Assembly: GCF_004010195.1 (NCBI RefSeq)
Contig: NC_057751.1
Coordinates: forward strand, 10,224,589-10,288,588
DNA length: 64,000 nt
Direction: 5' to 3'
Origin: Chiloscyllium plagiosum
Lineage: Eukaryota
Shown here one piece after another: positions 26,826 through 39,614 of this stretch. The notes beneath the pieces were generated by a model. The model made no database searches, was not told the DNA's origin, and saw nothing but the letters and a program-made list of their open reading frames with translations. Within the stretch, counting starts at the first letter, position 1. Each line of letters starts with the position of its first letter. The position numbers and the translations under genes were made by a program.

Positions 26826-27498
26826 ATCTGGAGAGGACTAAATTATAAAAGCAGGGATGTACTTCTGAGGCTTCATGACGCTCGTCAGACAACATTGAGA
26901 GTATTGTGTGCAATCTTGGGCCACATTCCTCAGGAAAGATATATTATCCCTGGAGCCGGTGCAGAGGAGGTTCATGATACTGATCCCAGGAATGAAAGGC
27001 ATAATATATGAGCAACTTTTGAGGACTCTGGGATTATACTCTTGAGTTCAGAAGGATAGGGGGGGAATCCAATTGAAACTTAGAGAATACTGAACATTGG
27101 ACAGAGGAGACGTTAGAAAGATGTTTCCAGTGGCAGGACAGAGGAGGACTTGAGGACACATCCTGAGAGTAAAGGGAAGACACTTAAAACAGAAGTAAGG
27201 AGAAACCTCTTTAGCCAGAGAGTGGTTTATCTTTGGAATTCATTGCCACAGAAGGCTGTGGAGGCCAAGTCATTGAGTATATTTAAAACAGATGTAGAGA
27301 AGTTCTTGATTATCAAGGGGATCAAAGACTATAGGGAGAAAGCAGGAAAATGGGGTTGGAAAACCTATCAGCCATGATTGAATGGCATGGCAAACTTGAT
27401 GGGCTGAATGACCTAATTTCTGCTCCTCTGTCTTATATCATTGAAACGTTTACCATTAAAAATAAATTTGATACCTTGTTTGAAAGCACTCTGTAAAC

Positions 27499-27561
27499 CT
27501 AAATGATAGAGTTCCTCAAGGTTCCTATTTCATCAATTTCACATTCCACAGTGTCTCCACG
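27499..27561 (-). CDS. FAHD2A: FAHD2A terminal coding exon
   Basis: ttcttgcag then RGDTVECEIDEIGTLRNSII*TAG; joined CDS is 990 nt with no frameshift. Confidence 0.93.
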   Translation of the reverse strand, partial: RGDTVECEIDEIGTLRNSII

Positions 27562-27765
27562 CTGCAAGAAATTCAAATAAAATGAACAGCATATTTTTTC
27601 TATGGGGATATGGACTTTTTAGAAGCTATCTATGTTACAAAATTAAGCACACGATTTAGATTATGAACAGTGTTTGTAAAATTGTCACCCCGCTGTCGAA
27701 TCAAAATGGATGAGTTACTGTTCTCATCTTTTATTTAATATTTCAAAGCTTCGCATTTATTCATA

Positions 27766-27974
27766 TGCAAAATAAGTCCAGAGGCCTGTATCCCTTCACT
27801 AAGTTTCCCTTATCTGTGGAAACTCCTTGACACTGATCCTACTTTTTCAGCCTGAGCAAAACGTCTGACACTCTAGTTTATAGCTGACCGCTAGGGCTCC
27901 CTAATTGGACCAGATTAACAGCCCCAGTCCGGGAACTCAGATTCTATGAGGTCCACCGACCTGACCTCGTTACA
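27766..27974 (-). mobile_element. Short solo-LTR-like element in the last FAHD2A intron
   Basis: On - starts TGTAACGAGGTC, contains CCAAT and TATAAA, ends CA; no clean TSD. Confidence 0.45.
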
Positions 27975-28768
27975 ATCATTACAAGATGTATCTATGAATT
28001 CGGAGCAGAAATGGGGCAATCAGCCCTTCAAGTCTGCTCCACCATTTGATAAGATTATGGCTGATCTGTTTATGTTCTAAATTCTATATTTGCATCAATC
28101 CCCAATAACCTTTCATTCCCTTGCCTGACAAGAATCGACCTGTGCTTGGAAGTTATTCAATGACCCTGCTTCTTCCACTGAGGAGGCGTATGAAGGCTGC
28201 ACGACTGTCAAATACAAAAAATTTCTTCTCTCTCTTCCAAAAGGGCAACCCCTTCAGGAAACAAATAGCAAATGATGCATTCAACAAATTTGAGAAAATT
28301 AATTCCAAATGTGCTTTTTCACAGGCATTTGAGTTTGGGTACTACTGTGTAAAACATTTGTCCTACACATATTTCTGAAAAAATCTCCAAGTGAACTAAA
28401 ATGACACTCCATTGTGTTCTTGAGGATCTCGAGATAGTTTGTGGAAAGTGCCAGTACGCTCATGAGATGATTTGTACTCTGCTGTTTCCTTTTGTCAAAT
28501 AGACTATCAACCTTTACTTTTAAAGCTGATACATGATTCATGGTTATTTGGATGAAAGAGCAGAATATAATTGTGCTCATAGAATATTACCCACTTTGCA
28601 TGGAATAAAAAAACTTTTAATTGGTGTTGAAATGGGGGGATCCTTGAATTTGCATTAATTTTGCGCTTCAGCATACCTTACAGAAATATTTCACAAATTT
28701 CACAAACAGTGAATAATTTGGAGAAGTAAGAGTCTATGTTTAGAAAGGCCAAAATCAACATAGCTTAC

Positions 28769-28856
28769 TTTGAGAAACACGGGTGGTTTTCTAAATACTC
28801 CAACTCCAGACGGTGTTCCAGTGAGGAAAACGTCTCCTGGATTCAAGGTTACAAAC
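28769..28856 (-). CDS. FAHD2A: FAHD2A coding exon 6
   Basis: 88 nt, [29 protein letters not shown] (TGTPxGV motif), ttag/gtaagc. Confidence 0.95.
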
Positions 28857-29539
28857 CTAAGAAATCAATTGGTGACAAGTAGAAACAGTGTAAGTGTTGT
28901 TCTAATGACAAAATGCCTTGCAATGCAAATTATTTTTCACAGTCACAGCATGTTGTGAATTCCCTCCCAAAAACCTGCCCATCTGTCACACTTCCTTGCT
29001 CCTCCCTGAAGATGCTAACTTGGCCATGCACCAAAGCGTCTATGAACTGACTTATGTTTTGATTGTCACTGTTCCTTTGGGGTTTCTTTGAATGTTTTAC
29101 TCTGTTAACGATATTCTGTGGATGGATTAAGTAAAGTCAGAATTATCATGGTGATGAAAGGGAAGGCTAATCAGCAGAATTCACTTCAGTTTGATTTTGA
29201 ACTCGATTCCTGCAAGAATCTCACCTATCATGCAGTTGGTGCAAACATTTATAAAATGGTCTGACATTTGAAATCATGTGGTTACCAGAGGCAAATTAAA
29301 GTAAAAAGAGAACTCGTTCTGAGCCAGCAACTCATTCAAAACTCAAAAGTCTCCAGTATCCTGTCCTACTTGTCACAGAACCTTCCATAGATTGGGCCTA
29401 ACAGTGACCAAAATACCTCATTATGAACATGGTCAACTTCACTTCAAAGGATGAACAAAGTTAAAAATTATATATAAAATCATGTTTTGCTGCTTTCTCA
29501 AAGTGGACTAAATGCAGTTTTCTGATCTTCCTCAACATT

Positions 29540-29769
29540 TATAGATATCCCCCTTTCGAAAGTTCGCTTTACGCCACTTTGCTTTTATGAAAGCCCTACA
29601 TGAGTATCTGTTTTCGCAAACCGAAAGAAATCCAAAGAGGATTTTTGCTTTTATGAGAAAAGGCAAAATTTTTCCACTGAAAATTGATGCTTCTTTACTT
29701 TAAGCCATTTTGGCTAAATGAAAGGTTTCATTGGAACGACCTACTTTCGGGTAGCGGGGGATAATTATA
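29540..29769. mobile_element. Tc1/mariner-pogo (Tigger-like) MITE remnant
   Basis: Imperfect terminal inverted repeats tatccccc..tttcgaaagt / actttcgggtagcgggggata with TA-rich flanks. Confidence 0.5.
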
Positions 29770-30179
29770 AGTGCTTTTTAATATTTTGTTGGACAAAACA
29801 TGACTGCAATATTATTTTCCTTTCATGCAGCCTAAAATAGAATTTTTAAAGAAATTCTTGACAGCATCATTTTAAAAGGATATCTGCATTGGTGGCCTTT
29901 TCATCTTGTCATCTCAGGAAATGATTAAAGGCTCACAACTGAATCACAAACTCTTTTTCTCTCCCTGCAAAGAGGCTGCCTAACCTGATGAGTTTTTGTC
30001 CCAAGCATTTTCTGTTTTTATTGCAAGAAATTATAGTTTGGCATAAATGACAAACTATAATTTGCTGGAATTCTCCAGCCTCACTTATTTTCCTTTTTGA
30101 TACAACAGCTATCTTACACAGTACTGCCTCAATAAAATCAACAGTAGTTCTGACTTTTATAAAAGAACGCTGCTTTGTT

Positions 30180-31520
30180 CACTACATCTGCAGATTGTTT
30201 AAAAACTGCCTTCCCTGACTGCAGTGATTCCAGAAAGATCGCCACCAATGCCCACACAATCTCTTCAGTACTCTGCGATGTAGTCTCCCTGGTCCAGGTG
30301 ATTTATCCATCCTCAGATGTTTCAGCTTTCTCATCACCACCTCCTTCGTGCTGGCCACTGCACTCAATTTCCCCCCCTGATTCTCTTGGAAGTCTGGGCT
30401 GTCATTTGTGTCTTCTACCTTGAAAACTGATGCAAAATATCTCTGTAGTTCCTTTGCCATTTCTTTGTTCCCTGTTACTCCTTCTCCAGCCTCATTTTCC
30501 AGTGATCCATTATCCACTCTTGCCTCTCTCTTATCTGTTATAATATCAAAAACACTCTTCATATTACCAGGTAGCTTACCTTCTCTTTTATGTTCTTCAT
30601 GCATTTTTTTTTCGATGCTGTCCCTGACTTCCCTTGTCAGCCATGGTTGCCTCAAACTCCCCTAAGTATGTTTCTTCTTCGTTGGGTTGAATTTCTGCTG
30701 TAACTGCTGACATTGCTGTAACACTGTGTTCCCTGCTTGGCTCCCTTTCCAATCAACTCCAGCTAGCTCCTCCCTCATGTCTTTGCTGTTAACTTTACTC
30801 AGTTGCAGTACCGTTACATCTGATTCCAGTTTGACCTTCTCAAACTGTTGGGTGAATTCAATCATACCCTGGTCACTGTGCCCTTGGGATCCCTAATCTT
30901 GAGCTCCCTCATTAAGTCTGCCTCATTACATATCACCAAATGCAGAATTGCATGTGCTGAGAGGGCTTAACCACAGACTGTTCCAATAAATCATCACATT
31001 CCACAAATTCTAGATCTTGAAATACGTTGCCAACCTAATTTTCCCATTCCACCTTCACAGTGAAGTCCACAACTGATTATTGTAACAGTGACTGTCATAC
31101 ATGCAATTTCTATTTTCTTCCTCACATCCTGACTACTGCTAGGCAGTCTGTAAATGAATTCCAACAGAGTATTTTGTCCTTTGCAGTATCTCACCTTTAC
31201 CCACACAGATTGTATATCTTCTGACTCAAGATCATTTCTTACTAATCTACTTGTTCACAGAGCAACTATGCTCCCTTTGCCCATTTGCCTGTCCTTTCAG
31301 TTGAATGCATATTGTTGGATATTTAGTTCCTAGCCTTGATCATCTTGCCGCCACGCATGTGTCTGATGTCCATAACATGGTGGTACTCAATTTCAATCTG
31401 CACTACAAGCTCATTTACCTTATTTAGTATACTGTGTACATTTAAGTGCAACACCTTCAATTTTGCATTTACTGCTCCCTTTTCATAATTGACCAGTTAT
31501 CTACTGTATCTGAAGTTACT
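30180..31520 (-). mobile_element. CR1 ORF2 fragment in a FAHD2A intron
   Basis: MRQPWLTREV...YFASVF...DKSPGP and FIYRLPSS motifs. Confidence 0.85.
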
Positions 31521-31960
31521 GGTTTTGATGGATGTTACATGTCTCACCTGACAGGAACATCCTGAATGAAGACACACAATTCTTTGCAAGAGGAAATGTG
31601 GAAAAAGAACTGGTGAAAGCAATGCCAACAATCTCTCCAACTATTACTATTTCCCGGAGGATAGAGGAAGTTTTCTTTGTCAATCTTTTGGAATTTTCTA
31701 ACCCAGGGAGCACTAGGGGCTCCCACAATTGCTTCAGCATGATCCCCTCCCTCTTAAAAGCCACCTTTGTTTTCTGTCCAAGTGTACCTCTGCTCTTTTA
31801 ACTAACTTTCCTTTGGATACACATCTGTTTCACTTAGTGCAGTGAATTGTTTGCAGTACAAACTTAATTTGTTTTAATCTTGTGACATTCAACACTGAAA
31901 AATCTCAAATTCCAATTCAAATTATAATGGTAAATTGGTCCATCATGAAATTACACTCAC

Positions 31961-32069
31961 TGTGACACCCAAACGATAAGTTCCTCTGTTTTAAATATTA
32001 GCTGATTGGTGTTGCTATTCTGCATAATTTCTTTGTTAACCCGGCAGCGAATCCCAAGGTTGTGGGGAT
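31961..32069 (-). CDS. FAHD2A: FAHD2A coding exon 5
   Basis: 109 nt, (D)[35 protein letters not shown](Q), ttacag/gtgagt, phases match neighbours. Confidence 0.95.
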
Positions 32070-32499
32070 CTGTAACATAAAGTGTGGCTTAAATGTTAAA
32101 AGAAGCTTGGAATAAAGGACAATTTCTTTCAACCCTGCATTATTGAAAAATTGCACTTTAGAAAAGTGCTTCAAGTGTTGGTACTGTAATCGTGTTACAC
32201 CCAACACGTTCCCAGCTCGGCGAACAGAACCACAACAACTAGCACCTGCGCTACAAATCTTCTCACAAACTTTGAACCTGTTTTAAAAGTTTGCGCTGCA
32301 GAGACAGTGTCACCAATTCATCAATCGTGTTAGTGCAAATGTGCACTGACAAAATTTGTGTTGCAATGAAATGTCCTGTACATGTCACAGACTTAAGAAT
32401 ATTGGTTCAGCTTAATTCACAGACCAGACTTTGTTTGGATCAAGCATTAATAATGTTGGTAGCAGAAAGCTCAGGTGGAACCTAATGTGAGTAATGCCA

Positions 32500-32810
32500 C
32501 TTTCTCAAGTGTTTTGTTGCGATTCAGCTGCACGATCCTGATCTGTAGGTATTCCATGCAGGGAGGGGTGAACAGGTGAGAGGTCCTTCTCATGGTTCTG
32601 CTTCTGGCCCTGGCCAAAGTGGCCATGAAAAGGTCCAGACAGCAGGTCAGGAAGGGGATCATTGTGCTCAACTGTCTGCCCCAGTCTTGTGGCAATGTTC
32701 GCACTTGGGTATCCCTCTAGACGGAGCAAGCTATGCTCACTGGCATGGTAGAGGCCTTTTAAAATGGGTGAGCACCACACCTCCGGGGATGCATCATAAC
32801 ACAGGACCAT
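32500..32810 (+). mobile_element. Possible Tx1/L1-type ORF2 C-terminal remnant
   Basis: ctggccctggccaaagtggccatgaaaaggtccaga reads LALAKVAMKRSR, like Tx1 C-termini; highly decayed. Confidence 0.35.
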
Positions 32811-32899
32811 GTTATTTTGAATTATGACATTTGCATCAGCAGTTAATTTGTATTTTGCTACAGTGCCTCATTAGGGACTGTTTAAAAAGAAACAAATTG

Positions 32900-34330
32900 A
32901 TAAGGAAGAAAGTGACAGGGTTGAATTTGTTCTGTTGATGAGCACAAGATGGAGCTGGATCATTTTCCAAATTGTTGGGTAAATAACCGTCATTTAATTC
33001 TTCAGTTCGATGGTTGTGCTTTTGCCCATTTCTTGATATTACATGGAGTGAATTGATTGAGATTAACACCTGTGATGCTCGGGACCCTAATTTAGGCGAA
33101 AGTGGATCATCCATTTGGGACTGCTTGCTGATGATGGATGCAAATATTATCAGCCTTGTCTTTTACACTTAAGTTTTGGGTTCCCCCATCATTGAAGATA
33201 GAGATACTTGTGGAGTCCTCACATCCTGTTGGCTGTCCATCACCATTCATTCTGAATATGGCAGGATTGCAGACTTCAGATATGATTCTTCTGTTCTGTT
33301 GGCATGCAAATAATGCTGTGTTGTAGTTTCACCGAATTGGCACTTCATTTTTAGCTGCTTCTCTCATCTACTCTTGCACTTCTGATTGAACTAGACTGGA
33401 TCTCTTGGCTTGATGGCAGTGGTAGAGCAGGGGATAAGCTGGGCCTTCAGGCTGCAGCTTTTGCTTGAATAGAATTCTGTTGCTGCTGATGGCCTATCGT
33501 TCCTCATGGATGCACACTTTGGAATTGCTGGATCTGAGTAAAGTTTATCGCACTTACCACTCTGGTGGTGCCACACAACATGATGGATGATATACTCAGT
33601 GTGAAGTTAGGATTTTGTCTCCACAGAACTAAGGTGATCGCTCTTGGAGATACTGTCATGGACAGATGCAGTTGTGGCAGGCAGATTAGTGAAGGTGTCA
33701 TCAAGTATATTTTTCTGTCTTATTGATTCTTTCTGTACTCAATGTACACCCAGTCTAGCAGCTATGTCATTTACTGAGCTATTTGTGTTGATGAACAGGG
33801 ATGTCCCTCACTTTAAGTACATTATGGATGTCACTACCCTCAATGTTTGCTCCAAGTGGTGTCTATTCCAGGGAGACATCAGCTGAGGGGGGGTGGAGTT
33901 GACTGGTCATTGGCAGGAGATTTTATTGCCCATGTTTGACCTGTGCCATCAGATTTCTTACAGTCTGGAGTCAGTGTTGTGAACTCCCAGGGCAACTCCT
34001 GGTGGGGCAGAACATAACTGGTGATGGTGCTGGTCATGTGTGGTACAACGTCTATAACGTATGATTCAATGTGTGTGACTATGTCAGGCTATTGATTGAC
34101 TGATCTATGGGATAACGCTGCCAGTTTGGGCACAATCTCCCAGCTGTTCGTAAGAACTTTGCAGTTGACAGGACTGTGTTCACTCATGATGTTTGCAGTG
34201 CCTAGGATGATGCCAGGTAGTACATCTGGTTTCAGTATTTTGTCTAGCTTTCATAATGATTTAGTAAAGCTGATTGGCTTACTGGGCCATTATGAGTCTG
34301 GTTGCATTCCCACAATACTACTGCTTCCCA
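32900..34330 (-). mobile_element. Decayed CR1/L2-group LINE, same family as 61620-62400
   Basis: Shares cacagatgca..tgcagctgg/ggcaggcag and gctgctgatggccc segments with the 61620-62400 copy. Confidence 0.6.
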
Positions 34331-34355
34331 TCAATGATATCAAATGAGTGTGTCA

Positions 34356-34708
34356 AGAGCTTTGGAAAGAAGTGAGTTAAACAAAGATGAAGGACAACAA
34401 GAATGTGAAACTGTTCGTGAAGTTCATGATTTAACAAAATGCAAGGTAAATTAAAATGAGAATAAGGCCACACAACACTGGGATGAATTCACAAATAATG
34501 ACAGTAAAATTTCAAAAATATTGCAGAGCTTAGGAAAGAAGTGAATAGAACAATGAGTAAAATAAAGATCAAGGACAACAACAATATGAAAATTATTGAT
34601 GAAGTTCATTATTTAACAAAAGGCAAGGTCAATTAAAATGGGAATAAGGCCATGCAACGCTGGCATGAATTCACAGAACATGATGGTAAAATATCAAAAA
34701 TGTTGCAC
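34356..34708. repeat. Diverged tandem duplication of about 170-185 bp
   Basis: agagct..ggaaagaagtga..aaggacaacaa..gaagttcat..atttaacaaaa..aataaggcca..tgaattcaca occurs twice (from 34356 and 34525). Confidence 0.8.
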
Positions 34709-35152
34709 AATTACATCTGGCATTAAGGCACCACCAAAAACATAGTCTTAGCGAATACTTCACAGTAAGATACAGTTTGATACTGAGACACGCATGGAAA
34801 TAATCAGGTAGATCTCAAATGTTTGGTTTGAAAGTTGTTTTTTTGTGATGTTTTCAGGAGGTGGAAAGTGGGAAGACAGAGTCGATTGGAAAAAGAAATC
34901 CTGAGCTTAGACTCTAGACATCTGAAGGAAAGATGCCAGGATGGACCAAGGAAATCATGCAAGGTGTTACAGAGATGTGTAAAATGAGACATGGACAGGT
35001 TTGAAAACAAGGATGGGAATTTAAAATCCAAGATGTTTTAAGACTGAGTACCACTGTACGTCAGTAACTACAAATGTGATGTATCAGCCATCTTTCCCAT
35101 TTTAATTACATGGTCAAACTATCTAGTCTCAGATAGAGAGATCTGGGAGTAC

Positions 35153-35315
35153 CTGAGAGAGCATCTCTGGTGACTATGGCTGGTCCTAATGGACAGAATG
35201 TGTCAAATGTTTTACCCAGGAGCCACTGCTTGCCATTCCGTTTCATCTGCCAGTCACGTGCACTGACATCATGAGCGACTGTGAATCCAGCAACATGGTC
35301 CATTGCTTCCTCCTT
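35153..35315 (-). CDS. FAHD2A: FAHD2A coding exon 4
   Basis: 163 nt, [58 protein letters not shown] bounded. Confidence 0.95.
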
Positions 35316-37169
35316 CTGTGAAGAGGACACAACATATTTATTGCCAGCTGTGTATTCAGATCAGTGTTGATTCTCTTAATATGGTGCGACCTAATGGTTT
35401 TCTTGGACCATACATCAAAGGAACAGAACTTCCAGTCAGAATCGGAAATCCCTTTTTTGTTGTTTGATCAGGATCACAAGTGTCAAAGTATGGACTTCAT
35501 TCATTAAGGTTCAGTCATCTCCTTCAGGGAAGAGAATTCCTGTTCTTGCATGGTCTGGCTTGCAAAAGACTCCACAGCCACACCAAATGGTTACCTGTTA
35601 ACCACTGTCTGAAATGGCCTCGCAAGCTACTTATTAAGGGCAACTGGGGATACCAAAGGCCAGCACTACCACTGATGGCCACATCTCATGAATGATTTAA
35701 AATAAGGTCCCAATATTTTAGTACAGAAATTTCTCAGTCTCATTTACTGTGAATTTTCCCTTCCGAGCAACACTGCTGGTGTGCCGCCACCAAACGGATT
35801 ACTGTGGTTCAAGATGGCAGCTTAACATCATCTAATGAATGGGAATTCAGGGTGAGGAACCAACGTTGGACTTGGCAGCAATACTCAGGTTTCAAAAAAA
35901 TATAATGAAACAACCATTTCTCCAAAGTACACTTTAGCACTGGTCTGCTGTTCCTCTGATATTCCCTGCCTGACACCCATTTATGATGAGAAACTGTATG
36001 ACCATATTTGGAGTGGAAAAAGCCATTCAACTCATGCTGAAGTCCAACACGCTTCAGGATTTTATTATGAATGAGGATACCAAGCTGAGATCAAACAATA
36101 TGCTGCTGGACTTCCAAATGAGAACAGATGAATTCTATATGACAGGCATACATTGCTGTCTATTCCAGGTGCTGACCAAGAATTTGATTTTGAAAATTGG
36201 ATGATCAACAGACTAGTAATAAAGATTTTAAAACCATTCTTCTGCTTCATAAAATACAGGCTGTACACTGAATTGCAACTGTGATTTAGCAAATATTCTG
36301 TCTTGGCTTCCACCCTTGTTGGTATCCTACATGGGCAACTTTGTCTTCAGTGGTTCAGTATAAAAATGGTTTTGTCTCACACCAGAAATTGTCCAAGTAC
36401 ACTATGCTATTCAAGAGTTTCCACTGTCTCCTATTCACTTGGCAATGTGCACTATCCATAATTAGCATCGGCTTACTGCCTCATTCACCATGAGTTCTTG
36501 GCCTCGAACAGCAGACCTGATGTTGATACTTTTTCACTGTCAAAATCTCAATGATCCGAGTTCCAATGAACAGAATTCTGACTGACATGAATTTCAATTC
36601 AGTATTGAATAATTTCTGATTGTCTTCAAATGAGATGTTGCTCTCAAAAGCAGATTCAGGGACATGAAAGATCTCATGGCGCTGTACAAACAGCAGGCAG
36701 AAGCTCCCATTGTCCTGGTTCTCATCCTGGTTCTTTCTCATCCAAAATCAGATTAATTGTTCATGCACCCGACTGTTCTGCAGTTCATAGTCTATGCAAA
36801 TTCGTTATCATCTTTTGTCTACAGAGCAACAGTACCATCAAATGAAAACAATTAATTGGACTTTGGGAAACCAAGGAACTTAGTACAGCCAAGCACATGG
36901 TTACAAGTTTTTTATTTTTCCAACAGAAAATATGCCAAGCAACTTTGAAGTTGCTGCGTTGTCATTTCGGGAATGCTGCTTACACTGTGGACTGTATATT
37001 TCAGCAGTCTGGGAATGGATCTTTATTGGAAGCAGTCATATATTGGTTTGCAGACCAAAGCATTAGATTTGATGGTAAATTTTGGCAGATCCCAATTGCT
37101 TCTCCTGAAATGTAGTATTGGAGAAACAGAGTTTGTGATTGATATTAATTACAAATTGCTGATGACAAG

Positions 37170-37788
37170 TGTGACTATACTGACACTTTGAAAAGGTGAT
37201 ATTGTCCTGGGTTTTTTTGAAGTGAGGTTGTAAAGGCCGAGATCCAAACTGGCTGTTGGAAACAACTTTTGTCAACAATTTTGGAAGCCTTTAGGCTTTT
37301 TAAAAAACAGTTGTAACAATGGAACGGGAGTGGCCAGTTCTCTCAGTTCAGGCTTTCTAATTTGTTTTGAGTTGTAGCAGTCAAACTGTTTCAGGTCCCA
37401 GAGGTATGGAAGCTTCAGGAAATGATTCCTAGTTGCTACATTCTCTGTATTCTCTCAATGTTGTTTCCTCCTGAACTGGAGAACTGCATGTGAGAATCTT
37501 TTTGCCAAATGGTGTGTTAATGGGCTGCTACTATATTGGAATAGATGATTAATATTAGGAAGTATATATATTATTTGGCTAACTTTTCCAATAGTTCAGT
37601 TACTTTAAATTGCTCTTTCTTTTGTTGGTATTTTAACTGTAGTGTTTAAATAAATTGTGGTCTGCTTAACGTAGAGTAGTTTGACCAGTCACATCAAGTC
37701 TGGAACATGCACTTCACGTCTATCTTTAAATTAAGGAAAAGTAAGGGTGGGGGAAATATTTAGTGGGGGTCTGGTCTAGTCTATAACA
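37170..37788 (+). mobile_element. Solo LTR (Gypsy-like) in a FAHD2A intron
   Basis: TGTGA...TAACA termini, perfect 4-bp TSD CAAG (37166-37169, 37789-37792). Confidence 0.85.
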
Positions 37789-37795
37789 CAAGCAG

Positions 37796-37988
37796 AGTCA
37801 AAACGTGTAGTACTGGAAAAGCACAGCAGGTCAGGCAGCATCCAAGGAGCAGGAGAGTTGATGCATTGGGCTTTTGCCTGAAACGTTGACTCTCCTGTTT
37901 CTCAGAAGCTGCCTGACCTGCTGTGCTTGTCTAGCGCCACACTTTTGACTCTGCCTTTCCAGCATGTGCACTCCTCAATTTCTCCATT
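37796..37988 (+). mobile_element. Fold-back Penelope pLTR mini-insertion (hammerhead 5' half missing)
   Basis: 9-bp TSD cacaagcag (37787-37795, 37989-37997); inverted arms; gggcttttgcctgaaacgtt remnant. Confidence 0.8.
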
Positions 37989-38056
37989 CACAAGCAGTAT
38001 GCTAAGGTCTTCTGGCCAATTTATTGCTTTAGAAATCAATAAGCACAAGTACAGAC

Positions 38057-38116
38057 CTTGATATGTTTTCCTTTCTTGCCAATAACAAATGCCAGCTCCA
38101 CTTCCCAATCCACTTC
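38057..38116 (-). CDS. FAHD2A: FAHD2A coding exon 3
   Basis: 60 nt, EVDWEVELAFVIGKKGKHIK (metal-binding E-x-E motif), AG/GT bounded. Confidence 0.95.
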
Positions 38117-38607
38117 CTGCAAGGAACAAAGCACAAAAGAGAACAATTGTTGGCTCATACTGAAACATGTGATGAATCACTGCTATATAACTAATGTTTA
38201 TGGTCAACTGTATTCAAATGAAGAACTGAAAATGCCAAATTATTTTTTGTCAAAATGGTCTATGCATGTAGAACTTGCTGAAAAATTAACAAAAGTAATT
38301 TAATCACCAAATCAAAGAGAAAGACTGATTGATGTATCAGGAGGATCACCAGAATTTGGTAAAGTGTCTTGTGTAAATGGAAAGTCATCTTTGTCAAATG
38401 TACATACTTCAGAACAGAAATACTTATTTATTCTGCATGGTTAAATGAAAGTAGACCAAGTTTAAAGCAACACACTCTATTTGGCTGAAACTGTTGTCAG
38501 TGACACTTCAACTCCTTCCTACATCTACCGAAGTCGTCTTTGGCTTCTTCCTTCTGAGAAACATTCTCGTCCTCTTGCTGCCAACTGTGGAAGAAAAGCA
38601 CACTCAC

Positions 38608-38824
38608 ATTGCTCTCTTCTGGGTGAATGATGTCGCTGTAAGGCCCAACTATCGAACTACCAAACTTGCTAAATATAACCGGCTCCTTTGGGACTGCTAC
38701 ATTCTGCTCCAGGCAGTGATCCATGTAGTTCATTCCAACACACACCACTTTGTCTGGGTTTGTTATTGGTGATAGAAGTGTTATTTCTGAGCGACATCTG
38801 GTGTTTTTCCCACAATCCACAGCT
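38608..38824 (-). CDS. FAHD2A: FAHD2A coding exon 2
   Basis: 217 nt, tttgcag/gtgagt; [25 protein letters not shown]...[12 protein letters not shown]-family motifs. Confidence 0.95.
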
Positions 38825-39324
38825 CTGCAAACATAAAAATACTGGAAGGTTACTGTTAACTTACAAGTTCTTCACATTGACCAACCGCAGACTCTCAATA
38901 ATATGTTTAAATCTGTAAACATCTGATCAGACAGTATCAATATTTAGACAAGCAGAGTGATCCAAGAGTACAATAGTAGTGATGATACACTCAGACTCTC
39001 AACTTGAAAGGGTTTGGAAGAATTTGCATGGTTATCACAAAACATATCACCAAGTAAATATTTCAAATTATCTCGCTTAATCAGAGCCAGCTTCAGGTAT
39101 GCTGTTTATTTCTGTGGGCAGAGCTGTGAATGGGAATGTTTGATGGCTTTAAATCAGACAGCTTTGAGTTAGTAGGGTTCATCAGCCTTAATTGGTAGTC
39201 TGTCTTGGAGATAGGGAGTCTGATTTCAAAATCTACAGCTATGGATTATTAGCAGGGTGTACATCAGCTGAGATGTGGAAGATCACAAATCATTCTAAAG
39301 TAACTGAACAAAACAATTAAATAC

Positions 39325-39614
39325 CTTCTCGCAGTTTCCAGAGCTGTGTCTCCTATTTCTAGAAACTCCTTCATGGTTCTAGGTAGGGAACTGTCAAATG
39401 AATTCAAATCAATAATGTTTCCTCCATCCTTCTCGACTCCCAATCTGACTCCATTCTGATCACCAACAGTCAGGAACTGGATGAGCCTCATTCTTGCACT
39501 CTTCGATGCAGAAAGCTGCCTCACTTGGAAACAGTAACTGCCTTGTGAGCAAATAGTGCCAGCTCTAAGTTGGACCAAATGAAGAAATGGAGTTGCTTGA
39601 ACAAGAGCCTGCAT
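39325..39614 (-). CDS. FAHD2A: FAHD2A first coding exon (putative mitochondrial presequence + MRLIQF...ETARR)
   Basis: ATG at 39614 with an acceptor cag 7 nt upstream; MRLIQFLTVGDQNGVRLGVEK...LPRTMKEFLE; donor AG|gtattt, phase 2. Confidence 0.9.

Larger units (their letters stand above)
23655..27437 (+). mobile_element. 5'-truncated CR1 carrying a nested SINE and a nested opposite-strand CR1
   Basis: EN GVTYRPPDS, RT SPGPDGLH / VPEDWKIAHVTP / QRDLGVLI; 3' tail tcttat at about 27435. Confidence 0.88.
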
